Counted from the first letter of the stretch, positions 43,488-57,553 are shown. The stretch is 64,000 bases of DNA from Eledone cirrhosa (GCA_964016885.1 OZ024742.1:200818001-200882000), one strand, 5' to 3'. Notes: a model not told the origin generated them from the letters alone. Numbers and translations are program-made.

Positions 43488-44051
43488 TATGTGTCTGTGT
43501 ATCTATGTCTAAGTATAGCCGATTTCTTCCAGCGAGGGAGACATATAGATAAAGAGATGGAGAAAGAAAGTGATAAATAGAGAAAGCGGGTAGAACCGAC
43601 CGTAGAACTGGACTTGGACTTTATTTATCGACCCCGAAATGATGAAAGGCAAAGTTAACCTTGGCGGGTTTAAACAAATACCGAGTCATTTTATCTGATG
43701 ACCTAACGACTCTTGTCAATTCGCCACCACGAGAAATATATCGATTCCATATTTCCATTTTACCGTTTTACTATAAGCAGACGATATGCTTATAGTAATT
43801 GTTGTAATTCTACCTACAAAACAAACAATAAAAAATAATAATTAAAAACGAAAAACGAAAACAAATTGAAAATACGCTTTTGAGGGCCCTACATCCACAG
43901 GGGCTGTATAAACAAACGTATTATGTAGATTTTGTACACAACACGAATCAATAAACATCAAACATTGAAATAGGTGTTGGTTTTAACCGTGTCATTTGGT
44001 GGTGTCTGTGGAGTTCTTGAGTTAGAACAAACTCCCTGATTTCAACAGTGT

Positions 44052-44618
44052 CTACTCCTCCTCCTCCTCCTCCTCCCCCTCCTCCTCCTCCTCCTCCTCC
44101 TCCTTCTCCCTCCTCCTCCTTCTCCCTCCTCCTCCTCCTCCTCCTCCTCCTCCTCCTCCTTCTTCTTCTTCTTCTTCTTCTTCTCCTCCTCCTCCTCCTC
44201 CTCCTCCTCCTCCTCCTCCTCCTCCTCCTCCTTCTTCTCCTTCTTCTTCTTCTCCTCCTCCTCCTCCTCCTCCTCCTCCTCCTCCTCCTTCTTCTTCTTC
44301 TTCTTCTTCTTCTTCTTCTTCTTCTTCTTCTTCTTCTTCTTCTTCTTCTTCTTCTTCTTCTCCTCCCCTCCTCGTTCTTCTTCTTCTTCTTCTTCTTCTT
44401 CTCTTCTTCTTCTTCTTCTTCTTCTTCTTCTTCTTCTTCTTCTTCTTCTTCTTCTCCTCCTCGTTCTTCTTTCTTCTTCTTCTTCTTCTTCTTCTTCTTC
44501 TTCTTCTTCTTCTTCTTCTTCTCCTCCCCTCCTCGTTCTTCTTCTTCTTCTTCTTCTTCTTCTTCTTCTTCTTCTCTTCTTCTTCTTCTTCTTCTTCTTC
44601 TTCTTCTTCTTCTTCTTC
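44052..44618. repeat. (CCT)n/(CTT)n compound microsatellite
   Basis: Direct reading. Confidence 0.95.
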
Positions 44619-44935
44619 CTGAGAGGGTCCAGGGTGTCAGAGCCTTCAAACACTCCTTTCAGCGAGTCCTGTCAGAAACAACCGTCTTCAACTGATCCAG
44701 ATGGACCCCCAAGCGAGAACAGCCAAGCTCATAGATGTTATCCAACCAATTTACTCGGGGTCTACTCCTGATTCTCCTGTCGGTTGGTTTTGCCTGTAAA
44801 ATGTGTCCAACGATTCTTTCCTGAGACAATCCAACCATAATGGCCATACTATCGAGATCTGATCTCTCATCTCGGAGAAATAGCCGCTCTACTGACCTCC
44901 ATGCTACACACTTTATCGAGTCAACTTTCCAAGTA
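44619..44935 (-). mobile_element. 3' end of an RTE-like LINE with (GAA)n tail
   Basis: HILQAKPTDRRIRSRPRVNWLDNI...DRTRW resembles the RTE C-terminus; the tail runs into the microsatellite. Confidence 0.6.
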
Positions 44936-45159
44936 TCTTTTAATGAATATAATTTTTATTAATGTATACGAGGTTCGGTTGAAAAGTTCATTGACTGAAA
45001 AGTTCCTGAGCTGACCAAGATACTCTCATGGAATGACTAAATGAGGTATATTTTTCAACATAGTCCCTGGAAAGAAACAATGTAGTTATTAATAAGAAGA
45101 GTTAAAATTAACCCATGCAAGATTATATAATATATAATATATAGCCGTACTATAATATT

Positions 45160-45638
45160 AGCCGTACTAAGAGTGAGAAATGAAATTTTGTTTCATTTTT
45201 TCCGTTTATCGTTTTCGGTACCCCGGCCGATTAACTCACTCGATATGCAAATTAGGCTGCTCAGCCGTTAATATGCATAAGGAAAGTATATACTTTCAGA
45301 CGTTCAACCATCTGGCAGGAAGGTATACGTTGCTGACGATAGCTAATAAGCTTGAAACTAGTACAGCGTTCCTTTGTCAGTGTTGCACAAATGAGCAACG
45401 ATGGTTGCTAGACACTGTACGGCTTAAATCGGGATGTTTGTTTACAAACACACCGAGCATTATAATAAATGTTCGGTGAATCCATACATACATATATACA
45501 TGTATATGTGTGCATGTATATATATACATACTACTGTACGTCTGTATACATATATGTATGTACGTGTACATACTTATATTTAAGTAACAGCCGTACTAAG
45601 AGTGAGAAATGAAATTTCGTTTCATTTTTTCCGTTTAT
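45160..45638 (+). mobile_element. Single hammerhead monomer with ~50-bp terminal redundancy (period 429)
   Basis: AGCCGTACTAAGAGTGAGAAATGAAATTT... at 45160 and 45589. Confidence 0.85.
45327..45369 (+). ncRNA. Minimal type I hammerhead ribozyme
   Basis: Identical to 20991-21033. Confidence 0.8.
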
Positions 45639-45706
45639 ATATATATTCATATATATATATATATTATTTCAGCTTCAAGAAGACAATTATCATTACTTAT
45701 CTACAG

Positions 45707-45742
<36 letters not shown>

Positions 45743-46211
45743 ACAACCACAAACACACACGCATATGTATATGTATACAAATATATATGCACATATACAC
45801 ACACATATATACATCTAAAAATCCGGCTTAAATAGAATATGGCGTCACTAGTTTTTTATTAAGTAAAATCGATGTTGTGGAAAAATCGATTGAGTTTTGC
45901 CATTTGATATCCCCCATTGATTATTTACAGTGATAAAAACATTTTGTATTGAACATTGAAGAATTCGTTCGCTATTTTATTCGGCAATCCGACCGAAACC
46001 CTTCCCCGTTCGCCGTTTCCAAGTTACCAAAGATTTTTCCCAATCAACAAGTATTCTTTAGAATTCACACTTGGAGACATTTTGCGGGGGCGGTGGGGGA
46101 CAGGATGAAGAGCCATGCTATGTTAACTATGATTGATGTATACAATTATATTATTGTAGTATATTGTGTTGACATAAAAGGAATACGATGGCATTGCTGT
46201 CTACAATTATT

Positions 46212-46875
46212 GTTGGTGGATTGGCAGTATCGGTAGAGAGTCGGACGCCATGCTTTACGGTCTGAGTTCAAATCCCGCCGAGGTTAACTTTGCCTTTCAT
46301 CCTTACGGGGTCGATAAAATAAAGTACCAGTAATGTACTGGGATAATTGCTGGCCTTGTGCCAAAAGTAGAAACAATTATTGTTATTTTCATTATTATTA
46401 GTACTATTCGTAATAGGGTGGTGGATTGGCAGTATCGGTAGAGAGTGGGACAACATGATTTGCAGCATAGAATTACGGCCCTTTATGATCTGAGTTCAAA
46501 TCCCACCGAGGTTAACTTTGGCTTTCATCCTTACGGGGTCGATAAAATAAAGCACCAGTAACGTACTGGGGTCGATTTAATCGACTTTCCCCTCGCCCAA
46601 AATTACTGGCCTTGTGCCGATATAAGAAACCATTATTATTAGTAGTAATATTAGTAATAGTAACGTTTAGGATTGGCAGAATCGCTAGACTGTTGGGAAA
46701 CGCCGTTTAGTTACAACCCTTTACGTTCAGAGCTCAAATCCCGTCGTGGTCAATCCTGCTTCTCCTCCTTCCGGGTTTAATGAAATAACGTACCAGGGAA
46801 GTATTGGGGTCGATATTATCGATTTCCCTCTTTCCCCAAATTGCTGGCCTTGTGCCTAAATTAGAGACCATTATA
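46212..46875 (+). mobile_element. Cluster of three tandem tRNA-SINE copies
   Basis: GGATTGGCAG heads at ~46218, ~46423 and ~46670. Confidence 0.8.
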
Positions 46876-47910
46876 AGTAGTAGTAATATTGTTACTATAG
46901 TCATCTTTGTCTCTCAGAGACGGCTCTGACATCACCTCCACTCAAACATGCTTAAATCTCGTTTCCATCTTCTCTTGTCACCCATAATGTGTCCAACCCC
47001 ATAACCCACACATACCGTATACACTCTTGTAAAATTCCACCCCTATTTGTTTTGCAAAAAATAATGTAAAAATTACCCCAAGTTTTCCAGGGACAACGGA
47101 TCAACACTGAATCAAGGTTTCATCCTAACCATAAATTCTTACGCTGAGGAAAGTGATTTTTCTATGCTACAATGTTTAATGTACGCAAATAAAAATATTT
47201 ATATTTATAAATGTTACGCGGCCTTATTTATATTTTTTGAGTAGGGAATGTATTTTCAAGTATATAAAGATCACTATGTTAATTTTATTTATTTAGAGTC
47301 ATTTTAGGCGTCGGTTTATTGATAGATTATTTTGGATTCGGTCTCCCGATATTCACCCGTGGTTGGGAAATGGCTTGGACCCAAGCTTGCCGGACTTAAG
47401 AGATCCAGCCTGTATTGTTCACTTTATGGATTTCTAAATAACGTTCAGTTTCTTGAAAATAATTACTGGACTTTTGCTGAAATGCAAGAAAATATATAAT
47501 TTTGTCCTTAAAAGAGGGCGAGAGACAACGTGGCTATTCATCACAAACAAATTAATATAAATTTCTAAAAATAGTTATTCATAGGAGACTACTTAACTAT
47601 ATTCCAGCGTTTCTTTCTTTTATTTTTTGCATCATTGAAATCCCACAGGGTTAATAATTCAGTTTACATTAGAGAAATGAAATGTTTATAAAGATTAATT
47701 AAAAATGACGGCGTATCTCTGTAACTAATGTTTCTGGATTCACGATCCAAGATCCAGGAGACATTGTTTATAAGACAAAATATTCAAAAGATATTTAAAT
47801 GCTTGTCTAAGCTTTAATGTGATATATATTTACTGCTTCGATTTCTTTTAACAGTGAAGTTTGTAAATTTGGATAAGTTTGGTTTGCTGTGGAGAGACGA
47901 GGATCCTTAC

Positions 47911-48000
47911 GTCTGAAGCAAATCCATTTGTCAGACAAAGAAAAGTTCTCTTTCACAGTCTGAGATCCAGAAAAGGAAAGTCGCCGAGGTCGGTGGAGAG
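47911..48000 (-). CDS. Candidate 90-nt internal exon of an unidentified host gene
   Basis: Minus strand ATTTTTCCAG|...CAGAC|GTAAGG; open phase 1-1 frame LHRPRRLSFSGSQTVKENFSLSDKWICFR; lies in unique sequence. Confidence 0.3.
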
Positions 48001-49121
48001 CTGGAAAAATGTATACTCAAACTGAAGTTCTAGTCCGAATGGTTGCAACAATGTGAACTCCTAAACTTATTAAAGTTCCAGGTGGTGGCGTTAACACTTT
48101 GGTCACAAGCTCGACCAAAACTGGTTCTGATTTCATGATACAAGCCTTCTCCCACATTTTAAAGGGTTCAATTTACATTAACATCATCTAACATGATTTT
48201 AAATAAGGACCAAAGTTTACGTTCCTATCTTAATTCTGATATAATTAATGATTTTAGCAAATCCCTCAGACTTCTTCATTATCCATTTTGAAACTAATCC
48301 AGCCAAAATCAGTCTTGCTTCTATGAATTCCACAAATTTTAATGCTCTAACAATTTTATGTGTGAATGGTATGTTAAAGTAATATCTTAGTCATGAAATA
48401 ATTAATTATTTTAGTAAATCCCTCAAAATTCTTCATTAATCAATCGATATGGAGTGTATTTCATGCGAAACAGTGCCACAAAAGGTTTAAACAGACAACA
48501 GATTAGGACGTCAGCCAAATAAGTCACAGCAACATTTGAATTCGGAAAGTAAAAAAAAACCCCACTGGAATAATAGCAATAAGGAGAATCCACCATTGTA
48601 TGGGGGAATTGTAGGAGCGAAACAGCGTTTCTAGGGCATTTTTGAAAACCTGGTAGGGGTCATCTCTCTAGATCCGAAAACAGCAGATTTCTTCCAGAGA
48701 AGGATAAAGTGTAAGAGAAATGTCATCATTAGGTCGTGAAAAAATAAAAGGATAATGGGTACTGGTGTAGTCACATTGACTAGGCTACCCCTCCCCCTAT
48801 CAATAGCAACACTAACAACTAAAATAGCATATCTACTCCTTTACTTGTTTCAACTGCGGCCATGTTGTGGCACTACTTTTATTTAGTCTATTATTTCGAC
48901 CTCAGTACAGTACATTTCTGCATGTATGGTACTTATATTTTCGATCTCTTTTTCGTTGGACCGCTAAATCATGGGACATAAATACTGACTAAAACGTAAA
49001 GACACACAACACACACACACACATATATATTTTTTTTCCTCGATACATTTTGAACAACCTGGTCCTTAGGACCCACGAACCATACGAACCTGGTATGGCC
49101 CGTTATATATATATATATATA

Positions 49122-49755
49122 ATGGAAAATTTGAACAGGAACAAAACAGAGAGGCAGTACAACGAATGTTTATTAATTTCACGCTCTGGAGAGTGGGGTG
49201 GTGGTGGGGAACGACGTTTCGGGCATAAGCCCTTCCTCAGGTGAGAAGTGTGTGGGAAGAGAGTTCAAAGGGTGTGTAGGGGAGTGGTGGAGAGACATAT
49301 AGCGAAAAGGGGGTGGGAGGAAACGGTGCGAATGAAATTAAAAATAAAAATAAAAATAAAGCATGATCAAATTAAAATGAAATGAAATAAAAATAAATAT
49401 AAAAGCATGATCAAAATAAACTGAAATTAAAAAGGGGTAAAACAGGTGGTGGAACGGTGTGGGGGGTGTAGGGGTGGTGGCGGGTGGAGTAAGGAGAGGG
49501 AGACGGGGTGTCCGAGCGGGGAGGGCTGAAGGTGGTGTGTGTGTGTAGGTGTACGTGTGTGTGTGTATGTGAAAGCAAGGGTTGGGGGAAGAACGGGGTT
49601 GCATGTTCAGGAAGAGGTGTGTGTGGGGTGGGGTGTGTGTGCGTGTGTGGATAGAGGGATGGGGGGAGAGGAATCCGGAGGCTGAAGGTGTAAATATGTG
49701 GTGGAAAGCACGTGTGTGTGGGGTTTAAGCGTGTTGTGGGTGTAGGTGGCGTATA
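49122..49755 (-). mobile_element. Solo 3' end/pLTR of the PLE family at 51172-53670
   Basis: Colinear with 51172-51760; hammerhead-like core at 49211-49242. Confidence 0.8.
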
Positions 49756-50287
49756 TATAATATATATATACGTAGAAGACTTTGCTAAGCAAGACAGAAT
49801 GAACTCAGAATCCGATTGATGTGATGCGAACTCTTTATTCACACATCCATGCTTATACCTATCTTTAAACTTATTGATTTCATTTACGTCAACACATACA
49901 AAAAAATATTTATTTTATCTTTTATTCAACGAAATGGGTTAAGGGTTTGTTAGTGAACAATATACTATTTCTAACATATCAATCACTAGTATTTATTTTA
50001 TTGATCCAAATACACGAAGAAAATAATCAAGGTCAAACTGAACATCGGCAGGAATACGTACGTTCCTTATTTATTTAACCAATATATTCATTATCCGCCA
50101 ACATCTATAAACATTGTAAAGAGATTTTTGGTAAACATTCCCTTCCATAGAACTGAGAAATTCCAGGAAGTTATTATTTAGAAAGAATTCCAAATTTTTT
50201 TCATCAGTCTAAACAAGAACAAGAACAACAATAACAGCAGCAACAACAACAAAGGACAACAACAAAAACAACATCAACAAAAAGAGG

Positions 50288-50715
50288 TTAGCAATTTTGA
50301 GGGAGGACAAAGTTGGTTAAATCGACTCCAGTACTTGAAAAGTACTTATATTGGATCGATGTTGAGTTGTGGGGGTGTGAGAGAAAGTTGACCATGGCTG
50401 GATTTGAATACAGAATGAAAAGAACCGAAACAAAAATGCTGTGAATCATTTTGTCCGGTGCTCTACCAATTTTACCAATCCTCCATTCTAACTTTAATAA
50501 CAACAACGACAATTTCTAACATTGACACAAGGGTAGTAATTGGGGGAAAGGGAAAGTCTATAATATCGACCCCAGAACTTAAATGCTACTTTATTTCATC
50601 GACCCCGAAAGAGGGCAAAAGCAAAATTGATCTCCGCGAAATTTGAACTCAGAATGTAAAAAACGGGAACAAATAACGCAAAGTATATTATTAGACGCGC
50701 TACCGATTCTGCCTA
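50288..50715 (-). mobile_element. Two degenerate tRNA-SINE copies
   Basis: ATCGACCCCGAAAGAGGGCAAAAGCAAA...ATTTGAACTCAGAATGTAAA. Confidence 0.6.
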
Positions 50716-51042
50716 CAAAAATAATAACATGTCTTGTAGACATTTTAAAATAAACATCGACAATTAAAAAATAAAAACAAAAAAAAAACTGAAACAAAAT
50801 ACAAAACAAAATTAAAAAACGCAATAAAATAATACAATTTGTGCATTTCAACAATTTAATGCTCGAGATAAGTTAAATTAAGTAAAATTATCAGGGAAAA
50901 ACAAAAACGTGCTTTATCATTTGGGTTATAGTGTTATTTATCTTGAGCGAATATAAATTGTAATGGCAACAAGTACAGTCGTGTGTATGAGTGAGGGTGT
51001 ACGATAGGATGGAATGGGATGGGATGGGATGATGAAGATTTG

Positions 51043-51111
<69 letters not shown>

Positions 51112-51128
51112 TTTATATATATACATAT

Positions 51129-51176
<48 letters not shown>

Positions 51177-51256
51177 AAAATGGAACGGGAACAAAACAGA
51201 GAGGCAATACGAACAAAGGTTTATTAGTTTCACGCTCTTGAGAGTGGGGGAGGGGG

Positions 51257-51288
51257 GCGACGTTTCGGGCATAAGCCCTTCTTCAGGC
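51257..51288 (-). ncRNA. Very minimal hammerhead motif
   Basis: Minus strand GC-CTGAAGA-A-GGGC-TTAT-GCCC-GAAACGTC-GC; stem I only 2 bp. Confidence 0.5.
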
Positions 51289-52714
51289 GAAAAGTGTGTG
51301 GGAAGAGAGTTCCAAGGGGGTGTAGGGGAGTGGAGGAGAGACATTTAGAAAAAAGGGGGTGACAGGAAACGGTGGAAGGGGTACAAATGAAAATAAATAG
51401 AAAAACATAATAAAAATAAAAATAAACATGAAGATAAACAAGTGGTGGAAGGGTGTGGGGCGTGTAGGGGTGGTGACGGGTGGAGTGGGGAGAGGGAGGT
51501 GGGGTGTCCGAGCGGAGAGGGCTGAAGGTGGTGCGTGTGTGTAGGTGTACGTGTGTGTGTGTGTGTATGTGAATGTGAGAGTTGGGGGAAGAGGTGTGTG
51601 TGGGGTGGGGTGTAGGTCGGTGTGTGTGTGCATGTGTGGATGGGGAAGGGTCAGAGGGGGGAGCAGGGGGGAGAGGATACCGGAGGCTGAGTGTGTAAAT
51701 ATGTGGGGGTACGCACGTGTGTGTGGTGTTTATACGTATTGTGGATGTAGGTGGCGTGTGGGAAAAACAAATTTGTGAGTGTATGTCCGTGAGTAAATTC
51801 CTAAGGTAGTTCCGTAGAGGGTGTGGTGGGTGGCGGATATTTTCCTAGTGATGGAGTTGATTCGTGGGAGCGATGTCCAATGTGTGTAATCCGTGGTTGG
51901 GTTGGTCGGAAGAGGGGAGATGTGGGGTGCGTGCGCAACAGGAAGTGGTCAGAGGGTCAAGGCATAGCAGCAGTAGGGGAGAATGGAAGTGGAGAAAGTC
52001 GGTGTGTCAGTGTGTTCGGAGGTGCGGTGGACAGGGGACAGGATTGGTAGGTGTGAAAGGTGAGTGGGAAGGGGTTCCTGCGGGGGGTGTATTAGTAAAG
52101 GTGTTAGTGGGATGTGTGTGTGTGAAGGGGTGTGGGTGGAGAGGGGAGAGGGAGAGAAAGATGTGGGGGGCGATGGAGGGAGTGTAGTGTACTGGTGTGT
52201 GTGTGCGTGTGTGGATGAGTGTGTGTGTGCTGAAGGGGGGTGTTAGTGGGCGTTAGTATACTGGTGGTGGGGAAAGGGTTGATTGCGGGTGTGTTAGTGG
52301 GGATCAGTGGTGGTAGGGTGTGTAGAGTGGGTGGTGTAAGTGGGTGTGGGTGCGTGCGTGTGTTCGTGTGCCTGGGGTCGGGGGGATGTTAGTGGTATTA
52401 ATTGTGGGGTGGTGGGAGTGGATGTGTGGGTGAGGGTTAGTGGTGGTAGTAGGGTGTGTGGTTAGTGTGAGTGCGTGTATATATGTACCGGTGTGTGTGT
52501 GCGTGATAGGGGAGGGGAATAGCGAAGGGGGGAGAGAGAAAAGGATGTTAGTATTGTTAGTTGGGGAGGGGGGTCGGGGTGGGGGTGTTAGTATTGTTAG
52601 TTGTGGGGTGGGCGGTGAAAAGGAGGTGTGTGTTAGTGGTGTTAGTGGGGGATATGTGTGTGTGGGGGGAGGAACAGGGCGGTTGAGGGCTAAAGGAATA
52701 GGGGTGGGGAGTTG

Positions 52715-53670
52715 AGGCCGGGGGAAGTGTGGGTCTGTAGGGTGAAGATTGTGCGTTGTTCGACCCTGAGGAGGGTGGCGGGTGTTCCGTGGCATTGGAG
52801 TGGGCCACAGACTGTGAGGTGGTGCGCGGAATGTCCAGGGGGGCCAAAGTGGCGGACGATGGGGGCACTACCGCCGAGACGAATATCCCGGAGGTGTTCG
52901 GTGAAACGGTCCGCCAGGCGACGGCCAGTCTGTCAGACGTAGGTTGCGCTACACTCCGTGCAGCGAAGTCCATAGACTAGGTTGGGGGAGGTGCAGCGGA
53001 AGGCGTGCCGGACAGAGAGAGTGTGACCGTTGGGACCCTGGAAGGTGGTGGTGTTGGTGATGTGGGGACATGTGTTGCAATGGGACCTGGAAGAGGGAAG
53101 GGAACCGGGGGGAGCCGCGGACGAGGAGGGTTCGCAGATTGCGTGCGCGTTTGAAGAAGGGAAGTGGTGGGGCTGGGAAGATGTGGGAGGTGGAGGGGTC
53201 AGACTGGAGGCGTCGGAAGAGGCGGAGGATGGTGCGGTGGAGGGGTAGGGTGGAGGGGTGGTAGGTGATGGGAAGGGGAGACGGTGGGTGAGTGTGCGGT
53301 GGCGTGGGGTGAGGGTGGTGGAGCTGTGGACAGCACGGGCGCGAGTGAGGGCGGTGTGGGAGAGGGAGGGGGAGCAACCTCTGCGGATGAAATGGCTGAC
53401 TAGAGAAAGGGCCTGGGACTCAAAGTCAGCATCTCGGCTACAGAGGCGGCGGATTCTGAGGAGTTGGGAGTAGGGAATAGAGTGTTTAGTGTGTGTTGGG
53501 TGGGAGGAGGTGAAGTCGAGGTAGGAGTGGGAGTCGATGGGTTTGAAGAAGGCGGAGGTGACGAGGGAGTGGTGGGAGGGGTCGAAGGCGACGGAGATGT
53601 CTAAGAAGTGGACGTGGGTGGTGTAGATATGGGTGGTGAAGTGGAGGGAGGGGTGGAAGGAGCAGAAGGA
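52715..53670 (-). pseudogene. PLE RT C-terminus + GIY-YIG, frameshifted
   Basis: VHFLDISV...[17 protein letters not shown]...SIPYSQLLRIRRLCS; CNTCPH; CTSPNLVYGLRCTECSATYV*QTGRRLADRFTEH. Confidence 0.88.
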
Positions 53671-53808
53671 GAGATATACATATATATATATATATATATA
53701 TGTATATGTGTGTGTGTGTGTGTGTGCGTTTATATATATATATATATACATAAATGTAAGTATGTATGTATACGTACATACATATATGTATACAGACGTA
53801 CAGTAGCA

Positions 53809-53877
<69 letters not shown>

Positions 53878-54039
53878 GCGTACAGGTACACATACATATA
53901 TGCACGCATCAGTTTAGCCGACGTTTATTATAACGCCGGCCGCTTTGTTCGTTTGTTTGTCAACAAAGCGAACAGCCTGAATTTATGCCATACGGTGTTA
54001 AGGCAACCACGTCACCTTTTTGTTCAACACTGACACAGG

Positions 54040-54084
54040 AACGATGTACTAGTTTCAAGCTTGTTAGCTATCATCAGCACCGTT
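54040..54084 (-). ncRNA. Minimal type I hammerhead ribozyme (inverted arm)
   Basis: Reverse complement of the array motif. Confidence 0.8.
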
Positions 54085-54321
54085 AACCCATCTGCCAGAT
54101 AGTTGAACGTTCGAAAGTATATACTTTCCTTATGAGAATTAACGGCTGAGCAGCCTAATTTGCATATTGAGTGAGTTAAATCGGTCAGGCATACCGAAAA
54201 CGATAAGTTGAAAAAAATGAAAACGAAATTTCATTTCTCACTCTTAGTATGGCACTTACTTAAATGTAAGTATGTATGTATACGTACATACATATATGTA
54301 TACAGACGTACAGTAGCATGC

Positions 54322-54353
<32 letters not shown>

Positions 54354-54435
54354 GCATACAGGTACACATACATATATGCACGCATCAGTTTAGCCGACGT
54401 TTATTATAACGCCGGCCGCTTTGTTCGTTTGTTTG

Positions 54436-54497
<62 letters not shown>

Positions 54498-54731
54498 TGC
54501 TACTGTACGTCTGTATACATATATGTATGTACGTATACATACATACTTACATTTAAGTAAGTGCCATACTAAGAGTGAGAAATGAAATTTCGTATTCATT
54601 TTTTTCAACTTATCGTTTTCAGTATGCCTGACCGATTTAACTCACTCAATATGCAAATTAGGCTGCTCAGCCGTTAATTTTCATAAGGAAAGTATATACT
54701 TTCGAACGTTCAACTATCTGGCAGATGGGTA

Positions 54732-54776
54732 AACGGTGCTGATGATAGCTAACAAGCTTGAAACTAGTACATCGTT
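54732..54776 (+). ncRNA. Minimal type I hammerhead ribozyme (first of 8 tandem copies)
   Basis: AACGGTG-CTGATGA-TAGCT-AACA-AGCTT-GAAACTAGTA-CATCGTT; predicted cleavage after 54769. Confidence 0.85.
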
Positions 54777-54938
54777 CCTGTGTCAGTGTTGAACAAAAAG
54801 GTGACGTGGTTGCCTTAACACCGTATGGCATAAATTCAGGCTGTTCGCTTTGTTGACAAACAAACGAACAGAGCGGCCGGCGTTATAATAAACGTCGGCT
54901 AAACTGATGCGTGCATATATGTATGTGTACCTGTATGC

Positions 54939-55045
<107 letters not shown>

Positions 55046-55486
55046 TGCTACTGTACGTCTGTATACATATATGTATGTACGTATACATACATACTTACAT
55101 TTAAGTAAGTGCCATACTAAGAGTGAGAAATGAAATTTCGTTTTCATTTTTTTCAACTTATCGTTTTCGGTATGCCTGACCGATTTAACTCACTCAATAT
55201 GCAAATTAGGCTGCTCAGCCGTTAATTTTCATAAGGAAAGTATATACTTTCGAACGTTCAACTATCTGGCAGATGGGTAAACGGTGCTGATGATAGCTAA
55301 CAAGCTTGAAACTAGTACATCGTTCCTGTGTCAGTGTTGAACAAAAAGGTGACGTGGTTGCCTTAACACCGTATGGCATAAATTCAGGCTGTTCGCTTTG
55401 TTGACAAACAAACGAACAAAGCGGCCGGCGTTATAATAAACGTCGGCTAAACTGATGCGTGCATATATGTATGTGTACCTGTATGA

Positions 55487-55551
<65 letters not shown>

Positions 55552-55992
55552 TGCTACTGTACGTCTGTATACATATATGTATGTACGTATACATACATAC
55601 TTACATTTAAGTAAGTGCCATACTAAGAGTGAGAAATGAAATTTCGTATTCATTTTTTTCAACTTATCGTTTTCGGTATGCCTGACCGATTTAACTCACT
55701 CAATATGCAAATTAGGCTGCTCAGCCGTTAATTTTCATAAGGAAAGTATATACTTTCGAACGTTCAACTATCTGGCAGATGGGTAAACGGTGCTGATGAT
55801 AGCTAACAAGCTTGAAACTAGTACATCGTTCCTGTGTCAGTGTTGAACAAAAAGGTGACGTGGTTGCCTTAACACCGTATGGCATAAATTCAGGCTGTTC
55901 GCTTTGTTGACAAACAAACGAACAAAGCGGCCGGCGTTATAATAAACGTCGGCTAAACTGATGCGTGCATATATGTATGTGTACCTGTATGA

Positions 55993-56051
<59 letters not shown>

Positions 56052-56495
56052 TGCTACTGTACGTCTGTATACATATATGTATGTACGTATACATACATAC
56101 TTACATTTAAGTAAGTGCCATACTAAGAGTGAGAAATGAAATTTCGTATTCATTTTTTTCAACTTATCGTTTTCGGTATGCCTGACCGATTTAACTCACT
56201 CAATATGCAAATTAGGCTGCTCAGCCGTTAATTTTCATAAGGAAAGTATATACTTTCGAACGTTCAACTATCTGGCAGATGGGTAAACGGTGCTGATGAT
56301 AGCTAACAAGCTTGAAACTAGTACATCGTTCCTGTGTCAGTGTTGAACAAAAAGGTGACGTGGTTGCCTTAACACCGTATGGCATAAATTCAGGCTGTTC
56401 GCTTTGTTGACAAACAAACGAACAGAGCGGCCGGCGTTATAATAAACGTCGGCTAAACTGATGCGTGCATATATGTATGTGTACCTGTATGCATA

Positions 56496-56561
<66 letters not shown>

Positions 56562-57002
56562 TGCTACTGTACGTCTGTATACATATATGTATGTACGTAT
56601 ACATACATACTTACATTTAAGTAAGTGCCATACTAAGAGTGAGAAATGAAATTTCGTTTTCATTTTTTTCAACTTATCGTTTTCGGTATGCCTGACCGAT
56701 TTAACTCACTCAATATGCAAATTAGGCTGCTCAGCCGTTAATTTTCATAAGGAAAGTATATACTTTCGAACGTTCAACTATCTGGCAGATGGGTAAACGG
56801 TGCTGATGATAGCTAACAAGCTTGAAACTAGTACATCGTTCCTGTGTCAGTGTTGAACAAAAAGGTGACGTGGTTGCCTTAACACCGTATGGCATAAATT
56901 CAGGCTGTTCGCTTTGTTGACAAACAAACGAACAAAGCGGCCGGCGTTATAATAAACGTCGGCTAAACTGATGCGTGCATATATGTATGTGTACCTGTAT
57001 GA

Positions 57003-57059
<57 letters not shown>

Positions 57060-57500
57060 TGCTACTGTACGTCTGTATACATATATGTATGTACGTATAC
57101 ATACATACTTACATTTAAGTAAGTGCCATACTAAGAGTGAGAAATGAAATTTCGTATTCATTTTTTTCAACTTATCGTTTTCGGTATGCCTGACCGATTT
57201 AACTCACTCAATATGCAAATTAGGCTGCTCAGCCGTTAATTTTCATAAGGAAAGTATATACTTTCGAACGTTCAACTATCTGGCAGATGGGTAAACGGTG
57301 CTGATGATAGCTAACAAGCTTGAAACTAGTACATCGTTCCTGTGTCAGTGTTGAACAAAAAGGTGACGTGGTTGCCTTAACACCGTATGGCATAAATTCA
57401 GGCTGTTCGCTTTGTTGACAAACAAACGAACAAAGCGGCCGGCGTTATAATAAACGTCGGCTAAACTGATGCGTGCATATATGTATGTGTACCTGTATGA

Positions 57501-57553
<53 letters not shown>

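Larger units (their letters stand above)
51172..53670 (-). mobile_element. Penelope-like element, 5'-truncated, with long C/A-rich 3' region
   Basis: RT thumb and GIY-YIG remnants followed by a pLTR with a hammerhead core; (TA)n flanks. Confidence 0.88.

Noticed and set aside
43948-44695. Poly-R/E/K/L ORFs of over 200 aa
   Set aside because: They are translations of the (CCT)/(CTT) microsatellite
48500-48720. Possible exon (RDDPYQVFKNALETLFRSY... on the minus strand)
   Set aside because: Flanking stops and no convincing splice-site pair
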